From an uncultured Planctomycetales bacterium (lineage in GTDB: Bacteria > Omnitrophota > Gorgyraeia > Gygaellales > JAHJCI01), in the NCBI GenBank assembly GCA_964592485.1, contig CAZQEY010000001.1:95935-159934 (forward strand): a DNA stretch of 64,000 bases, read 5' to 3'. Made by a program: the position numbers and the translations under genes. A model generated the notes under the pieces. That model saw only the letters and a program-made list of their open reading frames with translations, was not told where the DNA came from and did no database searches. Numbering within the stretch: the first letter of the stretch is position 1; every line of letters begins with the position of its first letter. Below, piece after piece: positions 20,144 to 29,656 of this stretch.

Positions 20144-21535
20144 TTAAAAAGTACTTTTAATAAGGGCGATGCCATTCTCAACATTCAATTTTATTCTGTT
20201 TAAGCTTTTCATTCTAATTAATTGTTTTATTATCTTTTTGGGCCTAAAGTAGAATTTCCTGTAGGCAACTTTCTGCCATTTAAGCAGATCACCTTCGCTA
20301 AGACTATTTAGGCGATGAACTGGTTTTGTATGTATCCCATAATGGTCAAAATCCATATCAAATATCATCCCTTTATCATTTAATTCATTAAAAACCCTTG
20401 TTCCTGGATAAGGTTTAAGAATATGGAATTTTGCGATATCTGGATCAAGTTTAACTGCAAAGTCAATTGTATTTTTTATAGTTATTTCTGTATCTCTGGG
20501 CAGACCGAGTATAAAAAAACCCCAACTTTCTATATTGAGATTTTTAACAATCTGAAAGACAACTTCTATCTCTTTAAGCGTTGTGCCTTTACTTACAGAA
20601 TCTAAAATTTCTTGGTTTCCTGACTCTACTCCAAAGGCAATACTATAAGTTCCCATCTCTTTCAGTGTACTTAAAATTTCCGTATCCACACAATCAACCC
20701 TTAAGCCGTTTGGAAATGAAAACTTTATATTTATTTTCCTCTTGAGAATTTCTTCCTTTATCCTAAAAACTCTATTTCGATCAATGCTAAAATTATCATC
20801 CCAGAAATGAATCTCTCTAACCATGTAATTTTTTAATAAATATTCTATTTCATCGATAATGCTTTTACTGCTTCGTGGTCTGAATTTCCTTAAAAAAATA
20901 CTTTTTGCACTACAAAAACTACAATTGGAAGGGCATCCCCTTGAGGACATAATCGGAAAGACAGAAGAACTGAGTGAATCTGGATAGGTGTATTTTAATT
21001 GTTTAAAGAGGTGCCAAGCGGGAAAAGGCAAAGTATCTAAATCTTTGATCAGCTCTCTATCCTCATTAATCATAATATTTCCATTTTTCTTATACAGAAG
21101 ACCTTTAACATATGAAGGTTCTTTGTGCTGCTCCAGATAATCTACAAGCTCACAAATCGTTTCTTCCCCCTCTCCTTTAACTAAAAAGTCTATACTCTCT
21201 GGAGTTATGGCCTCTTTGGGCATAACAGTAGCATGAATCCCTCCGATGACAATCTTAGCAGAGCTTTCTTTCTTGATTATTTCACACAGCCTTACTACAT
21301 TATTATATGTAGGAGTTGTGGTTGTTATCCCAATAAGCCCAAATTGCTCTTTCTTCAAAATAGTAATAAATCTATCCTTGGTAATATTATCTGCCTCCAT
21401 ATCGATGACTTTTACATCATGTTCTTTTTGTTCAAGAACAGCACCAATATAAGCAAGACCAAGGGGAGGAAAAGACGGTTTTTTCAAATTACCATACACT
21501 TTTTCTTGTGATGGATTAATTAAAAGAATTTTCAT
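20144..21535 (-). CDS. cobalamin (B12)-binding radical SAM enzyme (class B rSAM)
   Basis: B12-binding-like N-terminal domain, then CxxxCxxC (RGCPSNCSFCSA). It is a paralog of the rSAM at 38773-40209. Confidence 0.85.
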   Translation of the reverse strand: MKILLINPSQEKVYGNLKKPSFPPLGLAYIGAVLEQKEHDVKVIDMEADNITKDRFITILKKEQFGLIGITTTTPTYNNVVRLCEIIKKESSAKIVIGGIHATVMPKEAITPESIDFLVKGEGEETICELVDYLEQHKEPSYVKGLLYKKNGNIMINEDRELIKDLDTLPFPAWHLFKQLKYTYPDSLSSSVFPIMSSRGCPSNCSFCSAKSIFLRKFRPRSSKSIIDEIEYLLKNYMVREIHFWDDNFSIDRNRVFRIKEEILKRKINIKFSFPNGLRVDCVDTEILSTLKEMGTYSIAFGVESGNQEILDSVSKGTTLKEIEVVFQIVKNLNIESWGFFILGLPRDTEITIKNTIDFAVKLDPDIAKFHILKPYPGTRVFNELNDKGMIFDMDFDHYGIHTKPVHRLNSLSEGDLLKWQKVAYRKFYFRPKKIIKQLIRMKSLNRIKLNVENGIALIKSTF

Positions 21536-22284
21536 AGTTTTAAATTGTGTTGATTTTTTCTATTCATTTCATCTTTTAAAAGAATTTTTTCAAGCAATAC
21601 ATATAAAAGCGAAAAAAGATATTTTCTCTGTAATTCCTTAAGTTTGTATTTAGATACACCGGAACTTCTTCCATACCAGTTTACAGGAATAGTGGCATAG
21701 GAAAATCCGCGCACAATTGCTTTTAATGGAAGCTCAATGGTTATATTAAAATGATTTGAAACTAAAGGTGATACTGATTTAATTACTTCCACATGGTATG
21801 CTTTAAAAGCATTGGTAATATCATTATTTCTTATCCTAAAAAGATATTTTACAAAAATATTGGCTATCCTATTTATAACAAGTTTTACAGTTGGATAATC
21901 CTTAACTGTTGCACCTTTAATAAATCTCGAACCAAAAACACAGCTATATCCTTCCTGAATTTTTTTATAGTACTTAACAATATCGTCTGGATCATCAGAT
22001 AAATCCCCCATACATATAACCACTATATCACCCTTCATATTTTCTAATCCCACCTTAACGGCCCGTCCGAATCCCGGAGGCCAGGATCTGTGTATAATAA
22101 CTATCTGTTTATTTTTGTCTGCTAGTCTTTCAATTATCTGCGGAGTATTGTCCGTACTATTATCATTTACCAAAATTATTTCAAAATCTATTTTCTCTTT
22201 ATTTAACCTAGAAATTATATCAGTAATCGTTTTTTCAATGCATTTCTCTTCGTTTCGTACAGGAATAACAATAGAAAGTTTCAT
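21532..22284 (-). CDS. GT2-family glycosyltransferase, DPM1/ArnC/GtrB-like (polyprenyl-phosphate sugar synthase type)
   Basis: MKLSIVIPVRNEE, VNDNSTDNT, the acidic DxD region GDLSDDPDD, and TNAFKAY, which is typical of dolichyl/undecaprenyl-phosphate glycosyltransferases. Confidence 0.85.
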   Translation of the reverse strand: MKLSIVIPVRNEEKCIEKTITDIISRLNKEKIDFEIILVNDNSTDNTPQIIERLADKNKQIVIIHRSWPPGFGRAVKVGLENMKGDIVVICMGDLSDDPDDIVKYYKKIQEGYSCVFGSRFIKGATVKDYPTVKLVINRIANIFVKYLFRIRNNDITNAFKAYHVEVIKSVSPLVSNHFNITIELPLKAIVRGFSYATIPVNWYGRSSGVSKYKLKELQRKYLFSLLYVLLEKILLKDEMNRKNQHNLKL

Positions 22285-22332
22285 AATTGCAATCCTATAT
22301 TTTAATTATTGCAAACTATTGGTAATACAATT

Positions 22333-23403
22333 TTACTCAATCACATGCTTTAACAAATATTCCTTATCGCGTATCCAGTTATAAATGCTAAGAAGAATTT
22401 CTGAAGGACTCCTCTTAGGCTGCCACCCTAAATCATGAAGAGCCTGTTTGTTATCGGTTAAATAAATCTTGATATCTCCTGGCCGATTGTTAGACTCTCT
22501 TCTGATATCCAGGTAATTTCCACTTATCTCTTCACAGAGTTTAGTTGTTTCAAGCAATGAGAGACTAATTTGCCTACCTCCTCCCACATTGTAAACTTTA
22601 CCATTAATTTTATCAAATGAGGATATTTCTAAATTTATCAACTCAAACAGGTCATCTACATGCAAAAGGTCACGCACCTGTTTACCCCGTCCTCCAAAAC
22701 CTATGTATCTAAGTTCTCTTTTGAAATAATGTGCTAGCATCCATAATGTAAAAACTCCCTGATCAACCTTACCAAATTGCCATGGACCAGCAATCACCCC
22801 ACACCTATTTATTACTCCTTTTATCCCGTACATACTTATATATTCCTGCAAAATCAACTCAGAAGCAAATTTTGTCGCTCCATAAAGAGTTTTTAGCCCA
22901 TTTTTTGTAAAATCCTCGGCTATGCCTTCTTTAGACCAGCCCTCAATTTCCTGCCCATCTACCCAATCAAATCTTGTCTCTAACTCAATCGTATTTATAT
23001 TATTAATAGCGGCATAAGGATAAACCCTGCTTGTTGAAAGAAAAATAAAATCTGCTTTATTTCTTCTGGCTAATTCTAAACAGTTCATTGTTCCTAACAG
23101 ATTAATATTAATAATTTGAGCTGGATTTTGTCCAAATCCTGCTAATACCGAAGGCTCGGCAGAACATTCTATTAAGAGGTCAATCTCAGAATTAAGCATA
23201 AGGTCTTCAGTGCTTCTAACATCGCCATGTACAAAGTGTACACCATTTTCTTTCAGGCGAATTATATTTAGCTCGCTGCCACGCCTTTTAAGGTTATCTA
23301 ATGCTACAACTCTTAATTTAGGACAATCTTTCTTAAATTTAACTGCCAAATTACTTCCTACGAAGCCAGCTCCACCGGTTATTAATATAGTTCTGTATCT
23401 CAT
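22333..23403 (-). CDS. NAD-dependent epimerase/dehydratase (extended SDR)
   Basis: MRYRTILITGGAGFVGSNLA. I placed the start at ATG 23403; the track's longer 17-aa N-terminal leader looks unlike protein. Confidence 0.75.
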   Translation of the reverse strand: MRYRTILITGGAGFVGSNLAVKFKKDCPKLRVVALDNLKRRGSELNIIRLKENGVHFVHGDVRSTEDLMLNSEIDLLIECSAEPSVLAGFGQNPAQIININLLGTMNCLELARRNKADFIFLSTSRVYPYAAINNINTIELETRFDWVDGQEIEGWSKEGIAEDFTKNGLKTLYGATKFASELILQEYISMYGIKGVINRCGVIAGPWQFGKVDQGVFTLWMLAHYFKRELRYIGFGGRGKQVRDLLHVDDLFELINLEISSFDKINGKVYNVGGGRQISLSLLETTKLCEEISGNYLDIRRESNNRPGDIKIYLTDNKQALHDLGWQPKRSPSEILLSIYNWIRDKEYLLKHVIE

Positions 23404-23598
23404 TTTAAAATCACCCTTTGTATCTCGTAAAATTATCGACAGTATACACAGCAATATTTAATATATATCTTGCTCTATCCTCACCATAATGATAGTAACT
23501 AAATAAAATAAATCAAAAAACCCTGCTGATTTCTGACCGATAATTACAAGAGCCTGTTATCGATTATGCCCATGCTCGATTCCCTGTATAATTCTGCG

Positions 23599-25665
23599 CT
23601 AGACCGCTTCTCGCTTCTCTTTTTGGAAGGAGATTACTTTATCCGTTCCCCATTCCGTTCGGTATCTCTCAACTGCCTTCTCGACAACTTGCTGAGAATA
23701 TTTTCCTTTATCAAATTCATCCAACAGCCACTTCATAAAAAATCCCACTCTCTCAGAAGCCCTTCCATCTCTAAAAGGGTCAATATCCTTTAGTGAAAAA
23801 GAATAATCTGCGAATCCATCAGAGTTATTATTCCTATTTTTAAATTGTTGAATACTTTGCATCATTGTATCTAAGTCATTGAAAACTATAGAGTTATAAC
23901 CCTCCTTATAAAATGGATGACTGACAAGACCTTGCAAATCGCAGGTAATAGCAGGAATGCCCGATATGGCTGACTCAATAGCGGGTGTGCTATAAACTCC
24001 AAAGCCTATGGCTAAATCCGAGGCTTGCGCTGCGACATTAGTAGAAGTACTCCCGTCCAAGAAAAAACAGCGACCTGTCTTTTCAGCTTCCTTTGCCAAA
24101 GAAGATAAATTAGGCATTATCTCCCAAAAGTTCCTTATTTTCTTGGGCTTAGTAATAAGCCCAAAGTCAGAATCTTGCAAAACTTTATGCAACAGAGCGC
24201 GATAGATATCCTCAATATCTTTGTTTGCTTTTGGCCAAAAATAAGAATAGCGTTGGTCAAAGAAACAAACAATAAATTTTGCGCCATTCTCCAACAACCT
24301 CTGACGATAAAGCTGTGCCTTTTGCTTACATCTTGGGAAATGATAATCATAAGGGTAGCCTGTGTATACTAAATATTTCATCTCATAGAAATTTTTATCA
24401 AAAAAATGTCGTTCATAATAAGGTCCCCAGGAGAAATAGACATCATGTGGTTTTCCAATACAAATCTCAATAACATCAAAATTTGACCAATGATGGCACA
24501 AATCTATTCCGCCAACCAACTCTATTGCAATATTGGCTGCAATCATATCCATCCCTGCTTCATAAATACCATAATGCATTTTAATATTGTATAGACTAAA
24601 AAATGCCTCATATAATGTTACTCTATTTAATAAATTCGCTAAATGACGCCATTGCCAAAGTGCGATATTGCTAAGTTTAAACAAACAACAAAAAAATAAT
24701 TTAGCTATTTGTAAAAAAGTTATAATTGAATTTTTAATATAAAGAGGATGTGGTATTTTGTAAAATTCAGGAATAGCAGAAAGAATTCTTAGTTTAGAAA
24801 ACTTCCAGGGTAATAGATTGACCCAATGCATACCATACGACTCAATAAGCATTATAGACTCTTTTTTTGCTGGCCAGCAATGATACTTAAAATAAACCAA
24901 AATTCGCTGAGGGTCTATAGAGGAATTGTTAAACCAAAAATAATCTGACCTTTTTTCTAAATCTGCACCGTGAGCATGCAATACCCCTATTTTTGGTGTT
25001 GTTGGATTGGATATATATTTTATTCTTTTCTTCGTAAGGAATAAAAGCAATGAATTTGCGCAAATCTCTAAGATAATTTTTATAGGGATAAAATGTGTCT
25101 CAATCATTTTCTTTAAATTAAGATAGGTATAGATTCTCCAAACCAAATCCTTCTTATAAAACCTAAGATAATGACGCCATACGTTGCCCTTAATAATAAC
25201 AATATGACGAATGGTCTCTAAATTTTTGTTTTTGGCACAATACCACTTTATAAAATTACTGATTATTGTAAATTCTTCAATATCACAAGCAATTTCTCTC
25301 TTAAAGGAAAATACAATTTTAGATTTATTATAACGAGAGTCTAAATTAGTCAAAAGACGATCTTTTATAGACGCCCGTTTTGCTATGTCAATAGCTAAAG
25401 AGGATTTTTCTATATAGCATCCGTTATTATAAATCTCCATTTCTTCGTGGGAAGTCATCTCAAAGTCATCTTCACGAACGCTCTTAATACGAAGATAGGA
25501 ATCGAGTTTTAATTTGCAAATAATCTTTTCTGCCAATTTTGAGAAGCTTAAGTACCTTATCTCTTTATAATTATGAGTAGCTCGTAAGAATATAATTAGT
25601 AGCAGAGAAAGAAAGTTAATGTTATCCACCCAACATAGATAATAGTATTCTTTGCTCATATACAC
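23599..25665 (-). CDS. large hypothetical protein with a GT-B-like C-terminal nucleotide-sugar-binding region
   Basis: The C-terminal block GSTSTNVAAQASDLAIGFGVYSTPAIESAISGIPAI follows the S/T...E-A...G-x-P-x-I pattern of GT-B C-domains and KpsC/KpsS-like Capsule_synth proteins. The N-terminal half is unassigned. Confidence 0.4.
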   Translation of the reverse strand: MYMSKEYYYLCWVDNINFLSLLLIIFLRATHNYKEIRYLSFSKLAEKIICKLKLDSYLRIKSVREDDFEMTSHEEMEIYNNGCYIEKSSLAIDIAKRASIKDRLLTNLDSRYNKSKIVFSFKREIACDIEEFTIISNFIKWYCAKNKNLETIRHIVIIKGNVWRHYLRFYKKDLVWRIYTYLNLKKMIETHFIPIKIILEICANSLLLFLTKKRIKYISNPTTPKIGVLHAHGADLEKRSDYFWFNNSSIDPQRILVYFKYHCWPAKKESIMLIESYGMHWVNLLPWKFSKLRILSAIPEFYKIPHPLYIKNSIITFLQIAKLFFCCLFKLSNIALWQWRHLANLLNRVTLYEAFFSLYNIKMHYGIYEAGMDMIAANIAIELVGGIDLCHHWSNFDVIEICIGKPHDVYFSWGPYYERHFFDKNFYEMKYLVYTGYPYDYHFPRCKQKAQLYRQRLLENGAKFIVCFFDQRYSYFWPKANKDIEDIYRALLHKVLQDSDFGLITKPKKIRNFWEIMPNLSSLAKEAEKTGRCFFLDGSTSTNVAAQASDLAIGFGVYSTPAIESAISGIPAITCDLQGLVSHPFYKEGYNSIVFNDLDTMMQSIQQFKNRNNNSDGFADYSFSLKDIDPFRDGRASERVGFFMKWLLDEFDKGKYSQQVVEKAVERYRTEWGTDKVISFQKEKREAV

Positions 25666-25670
25666 ACTAT

Positions 25671-25756
25671 GTAGATAGAAATTATTGCACTATACACCAT
25701 AAAACTCTGTTGAGTTAAACAATTTATAAGACATTCGATTTGTAAGATAGAAATTA
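25671..25756. repeat. direct repeat AGATAGAAATTA (x2, 71 bp apart) spanning the 88-bp intergenic region upstream of the 688-aa gene
   Basis: GTAGATAGAAATTA at 25671-25684 and GTAAGATAGAAATTA at 25742-25756. The second copy overlaps the stop codon of the amidotransferase gene. Confidence 0.3.
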
Positions 25757-26950
25757 ACTGACGCGGTGTAATAATTTCCACTCTCCATTTTCCTTTTTCC
25801 ATAAATGAGGTGAAATAGACCGATAAAAGTCAACTACTTCCCAAAATTCATCTTCACTTATATTTAAATATTCCAAGAACTCCTTATAATATTTCTTGGG
25901 AAATTCGCCATCATAGCGATGAACTAATGCTACCCCCTCCTCTCTCTTAAGGTGTCTATCTCTGATTTCGTGAGCTGCATCAGACGTTGCCCTTCCAATA
26001 CCAAATTTAATAAATCCTAAATAGAAATGGAATCCATCTGTTTTATCATCAAGGCTTGCGTACTTGGAATAAGTACCTTCGGATCGTCCGGGATTTGCTG
26101 TAAAACCTGTATGCTCCACAGCAAAATAATAATGTTCCTGTGGTACCCATTTTTTATAATAAGAAAACCAGTGCATTTGAGCATTGATTCTTTTCAACTC
26201 CTCTATAGGAGGATGCCAATAAAAAAGAAATGATTCGTTTTTAACCTCTTCCTCTGTGAAATAACCAATCTCAAGACCTGCTTTAATGAGTTCATCAAGA
26301 GAAGAACCCTGGTAGTAAAATTCACTCCAATCCTCCACGTCTTCATAAGGTTTATCCTTATTTTTGGTAGACCCGCCATATTCAATCTCACCACTCTCAC
26401 CATAAAATACTAAGGGAATTTTAAATCTTACTGCGATATGAAATGCCAGTGCTTTCTGGCCAAGTCCAAAAACCTTAAAATGATCACCCCACAACTCAAA
26501 AGCCAACCTTGAGAGTTTGCGATGTATCTTGCCATTTGCAAATACCAGTATATTATCAAATCCAGAATCTTTAAAAGCGATGTAGTTTTTCCATCCAATA
26601 TCTGTATATAAGTGTGGAGCCCAGGTGACTGTAAGAGGGTGCATTCCATACTTATATTTTAATTGATAACTTACAAATGCACTATCCTTACCCCCGCTAC
26701 CTGGGATAATGCAATCATAGTTACCATCTTTAGAGCGATGTTTGGCAAGTAAATCTAATAACATTTTTTCTCGTTCTTTCCAATCAATAACATGATGTTT
26801 TTCATATGCGTAATCACATGCACTACAAACACCATTTTTATCAAAAGTTATACGAGGCCTCTGGTTAGAAACCACGCATTTCTTACAAAAAAATACTGCT
26901 TTCGGCCTTTTCGCCAATTGCCTGTCTAAGGTTTTACCACCAAACAACAT
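25754..26950 (-). CDS. N-acetyl sugar amidotransferase (PP-loop ATPase; WbuX/PseA-like)
   Basis: N-terminal Cys-rich zinc ribbon (CKKCVVSNQRP...CSACDY), then the PP-loop IIPGSGGKDSAF. Confidence 0.85.
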   Translation of the reverse strand: MLFGGKTLDRQLAKRPKAVFFCKKCVVSNQRPRITFDKNGVCSACDYAYEKHHVIDWKEREKMLLDLLAKHRSKDGNYDCIIPGSGGKDSAFVSYQLKYKYGMHPLTVTWAPHLYTDIGWKNYIAFKDSGFDNILVFANGKIHRKLSRLAFELWGDHFKVFGLGQKALAFHIAVRFKIPLVFYGESGEIEYGGSTKNKDKPYEDVEDWSEFYYQGSSLDELIKAGLEIGYFTEEEVKNESFLFYWHPPIEELKRINAQMHWFSYYKKWVPQEHYYFAVEHTGFTANPGRSEGTYSKYASLDDKTDGFHFYLGFIKFGIGRATSDAAHEIRDRHLKREEGVALVHRYDGEFPKKYYKEFLEYLNISEDEFWEVVDFYRSISPHLWKKENGEWKLLHRVS

Positions 26951-26988
26951 ATTTTACCCCTCTGCCTAAGTTACTTTTTATTAAATCT

Positions 26989-27699
26989 CTAATATGAAAT
27001 CGTTACTTGCACTCTGTTTTTATTCTTCAAAACAGATACTGCCAGTGCCTTATATATCTTTAAGCCTTGCGCTCCACTTCGCTCAGGATGGAACTGACAA
27101 GCAAAAATATTCTTATATTTCAAACTAGAGCAGAACTCAATATCACCATATCGAGTCATTGATAAACATAGTTGTGGTGCATGCAACTTTACATAATATG
27201 AATGGACAAAATACATATATTCGCCGTCAGACAATCCCTCAAGCAACGAATCTTGCCATGAGCCTCGAGAAGATTCTCTCTTATAAATAGTATTCCATCC
27301 AACTTGGGGCACCTTTAAAATATTGCCCTGGCTATCCTTGGGCTTATCTAAACGCACTACAGAACCCTTAACTATCCCCAATCCATTATGTTCGCCAAAT
27401 TCATAACTCCGTTTGCATAATAACTGCATTCCTAAGCAAATTCCCATAAATGGTTTGGATGAGAATGCGGCTTCCTTAATCGTATCAGTTAAATGCAGCC
27501 GCTGTAGCGTCTCCATTGCATCAGCAAATGCACCTACTCCGGGCAAAATTACTGCGTCGGCAGACCGTATCTCATCGCGAGAATACGTTATAATAGCATC
27601 CAAGCCACAATATTTACAAGCTTGCTTTACACTAAAAAGATTGCCCATACCATAATTTATAATAGCGACTTTTGGTCTATCTATATCACTATTACTCAT
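26989..27699 (-). CDS. hisH: imidazole glycerol phosphate synthase HisH-like glutamine amidotransferase (WbuY-like)
   Basis: KVAIINYGMGNL, the catalytic Cys in GICLGMQLL, and HPE near the C-terminus form a class I GATase triad. Confidence 0.9.
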   Translation of the reverse strand: MSNSDIDRPKVAIINYGMGNLFSVKQACKYCGLDAIITYSRDEIRSADAVILPGVGAFADAMETLQRLHLTDTIKEAAFSSKPFMGICLGMQLLCKRSYEFGEHNGLGIVKGSVVRLDKPKDSQGNILKVPQVGWNTIYKRESSRGSWQDSLLEGLSDGEYMYFVHSYYVKLHAPQLCLSMTRYGDIEFCSSLKYKNIFACQFHPERSGAQGLKIYKALAVSVLKNKNRVQVTISY

Positions 27700-28568
27700 G
27701 CTGCACCTACTTCAGAATATCTAGCATATCTACAATGAATTCCTTTATGTATTAGGTATTGCTTTATATCCATAAGTGAAGTATCTTTAATAATTGATAA
27801 GTGCCGCTTACTTTTTAGAAATTCAATATTGCCCTCATCTGAAAAGTCATCTTTAAGCATATCGTGATATTTAATGTAATTAAAATGTAAAATAGAGGCT
27901 ATGCTAACTGCATCGGCTTTACCTTCTTCAACAACCTGATAAATGTGCTCATCTTTCCCGGCTCCACCACATGCAATCACAGGAATTGGAACAGAATCGG
28001 CAACTTTACGCGTTAATTCTATATCAAATCCTTCTCCTGTGCCCTCGCGGTCAATCGAGGTAAGTAGTATTTCTCCTGCGCCTAATTCAACAACGCGTGA
28101 TGCCCATTCAAAAACGTCAACGCCGGTTCCCTCACGCCCATTATCAGTATATGCCTCATAGCTACCGTTATCCTTTTTTAATGCTTCAATCGAAATGACA
28201 ATAGTAGAAGAACCAAAACGTCTAGCTGCCCTCTTAATAAATCCAGGGTCACGAATTCCTCTAGTATTTATTGCAACTTTATCAGCACCAGCTTTGAGTA
28301 TGGTCTGAATATCATCCAACGTTCTCAAACCGCCAGCAACAGTTAAAGGAATAAAAATCTCTTTAGATGTTCGTTTAACAATGTCTAATAAATTATTTCG
28401 CCTATACAAACTGGCAACTATATCTATATAAATCAACTCATCAGCACCGGTTTCATAGTAATAGCGTGCAAAACGTTCTGGCTTACCTAAAATACGTAGG
28501 CCTTCTAAATGCATTCCTTTGACCAGGTTAGGACCCTTGATATCTAACCGCGGTATTACCCTTACCAT
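27696..28568 (-). CDS. hisF: HisF-like cyclase subunit (WbuZ-like), with a ~40-aa C-terminal extension
   Basis: RVIPRLDIKG...GADELIYIDI...GGGIR-type TIM-barrel blocks of HisF. It has a 4-nt overlap with the hisH homolog. Confidence 0.85.
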   Translation of the reverse strand: MVRVIPRLDIKGPNLVKGMHLEGLRILGKPERFARYYYETGADELIYIDIVASLYRRNNLLDIVKRTSKEIFIPLTVAGGLRTLDDIQTILKAGADKVAINTRGIRDPGFIKRAARRFGSSTIVISIEALKKDNGSYEAYTDNGREGTGVDVFEWASRVVELGAGEILLTSIDREGTGEGFDIELTRKVADSVPIPVIACGGAGKDEHIYQVVEEGKADAVSIASILHFNYIKYHDMLKDDFSDEGNIEFLKSKRHLSIIKDTSLMDIKQYLIHKGIHCRYARYSEVGAA

Positions 28569-28596
28569 CTAGAATTATTTCCTCAGTTTTTATTTA

Positions 28597-29649
28597 CTAA
28601 GTCGCGAGCTCACTAATTGCCTTTCTATACTCATCCCATTGTCCGACATCTATCCATGATTTCTCACTTAAAGGAAATACGCTAACCTTGCCACCTTGTT
28701 TTTTTACTTTCTTTATTAAGTCTGTCATAAGATAAAAGCTTCTTTCTGGAATAAATCTTAAAACTTTAGATTCTAATACGTACATCCCCGTATTAGCTAA
28801 GAAATCATACTCTGGTTTTTCTCTTATATTTGTCAATTTTCCTCCATTCTTAATCATACAAACCCCATAAGGAATAACAAGATGCCTGTATGAACCTACG
28901 ATGGTTATATCATTAGAATTCCTTTTGTGGAATTGGATAATCTCATGGTAATTACATTTAATTATTATGTCACAATTAGTCACCAGAAAGGAACCACGAA
29001 TTTGGTTTTCTAAAAAATTCAAGCATCCGGTTGTGCCTAATGGTTTTTCTTCATCAATAAATCTAATATTATAGCCGGTATTTGTGTCTTCAAAATATGC
29101 CTTGACCATTTTAGACTTATGATTAATAGAGACATAAAAATCTTTTATTCCATATTCGTTGAATCTATCCATTATTATCCTGATAATAGGTTTTTCTCCA
29201 ATAGGGATTAAGGGTTTGGGCAAAATTCTTGTAAAAGGGTCCAGACGCTTCCCCTCTCCTCCGGCCATAATAACTATGGGAATATTTATTTTTGGTTTAG
29301 ACTTAATAATCTTATTCCCGAAGACGCCTTCCCATAATAAAATCTTGCATATCTGCCGAGATTTGTTTACTACCGGTATGCATTCTATTCTCTCTTTTAA
29401 AATCAAAGACTTTACTGTTTCTATATCGTAATTCTCCTTTATGAACTTCGGCTCTTTATTGATAATTCTTTCAACCCTTTCTTTTAAATTACCCTTTGCT
29501 AAAATCCACCTTCTTATATCTCCATCTGTTAACGCTCCGAGCAATCTATTTCTTGAATCAACTACAAATAGAGTTTTCTCACCTATTCTATCCATGTGTC
29601 TCATTGCCTGCTTTATCGAAATATCTCTGGAAATTAAAAATTTCTGCAT
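28597..29649 (-). CDS. CBS-pair + sugar-phosphate nucleotidyltransferase (PtmE-like)
   Basis: N-terminal tandem CBS region, then MAGGEGKRLDPFTRILPKPLIPI, which is the NTP_transferase G-x-G-x-R-L motif. I placed the start at ATG 29649 with an AGGTAGGG RBS; the track start at 29685 is a TTG. Confidence 0.75.
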   Translation of the reverse strand: MQKFLISRDISIKQAMRHMDRIGEKTLFVVDSRNRLLGALTDGDIRRWILAKGNLKERVERIINKEPKFIKENYDIETVKSLILKERIECIPVVNKSRQICKILLWEGVFGNKIIKSKPKINIPIVIMAGGEGKRLDPFTRILPKPLIPIGEKPIIRIIMDRFNEYGIKDFYVSINHKSKMVKAYFEDTNTGYNIRFIDEEKPLGTTGCLNFLENQIRGSFLVTNCDIIIKCNYHEIIQFHKRNSNDITIVGSYRHLVIPYGVCMIKNGGKLTNIREKPEYDFLANTGMYVLESKVLRFIPERSFYLMTDLIKKVKKQGGKVSVFPLSEKSWIDVGQWDEYRKAISELAT

Positions 29650-29656
29650 CGTATCC

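Noticed and set aside
23455-23598. Possible intrinsic terminator after the 688-aa gene (CGATAA...TTATCG stem followed by a TTTTTT run on the minus strand)
   Set aside because: The stem is short and AT-rich, its 13-nt loop is long, and the T-run lies about 16 nt downstream of the stem. It does not meet intrinsic-terminator geometry. More likely this is just a spacer or promoter region for the downstream epimerase gene.
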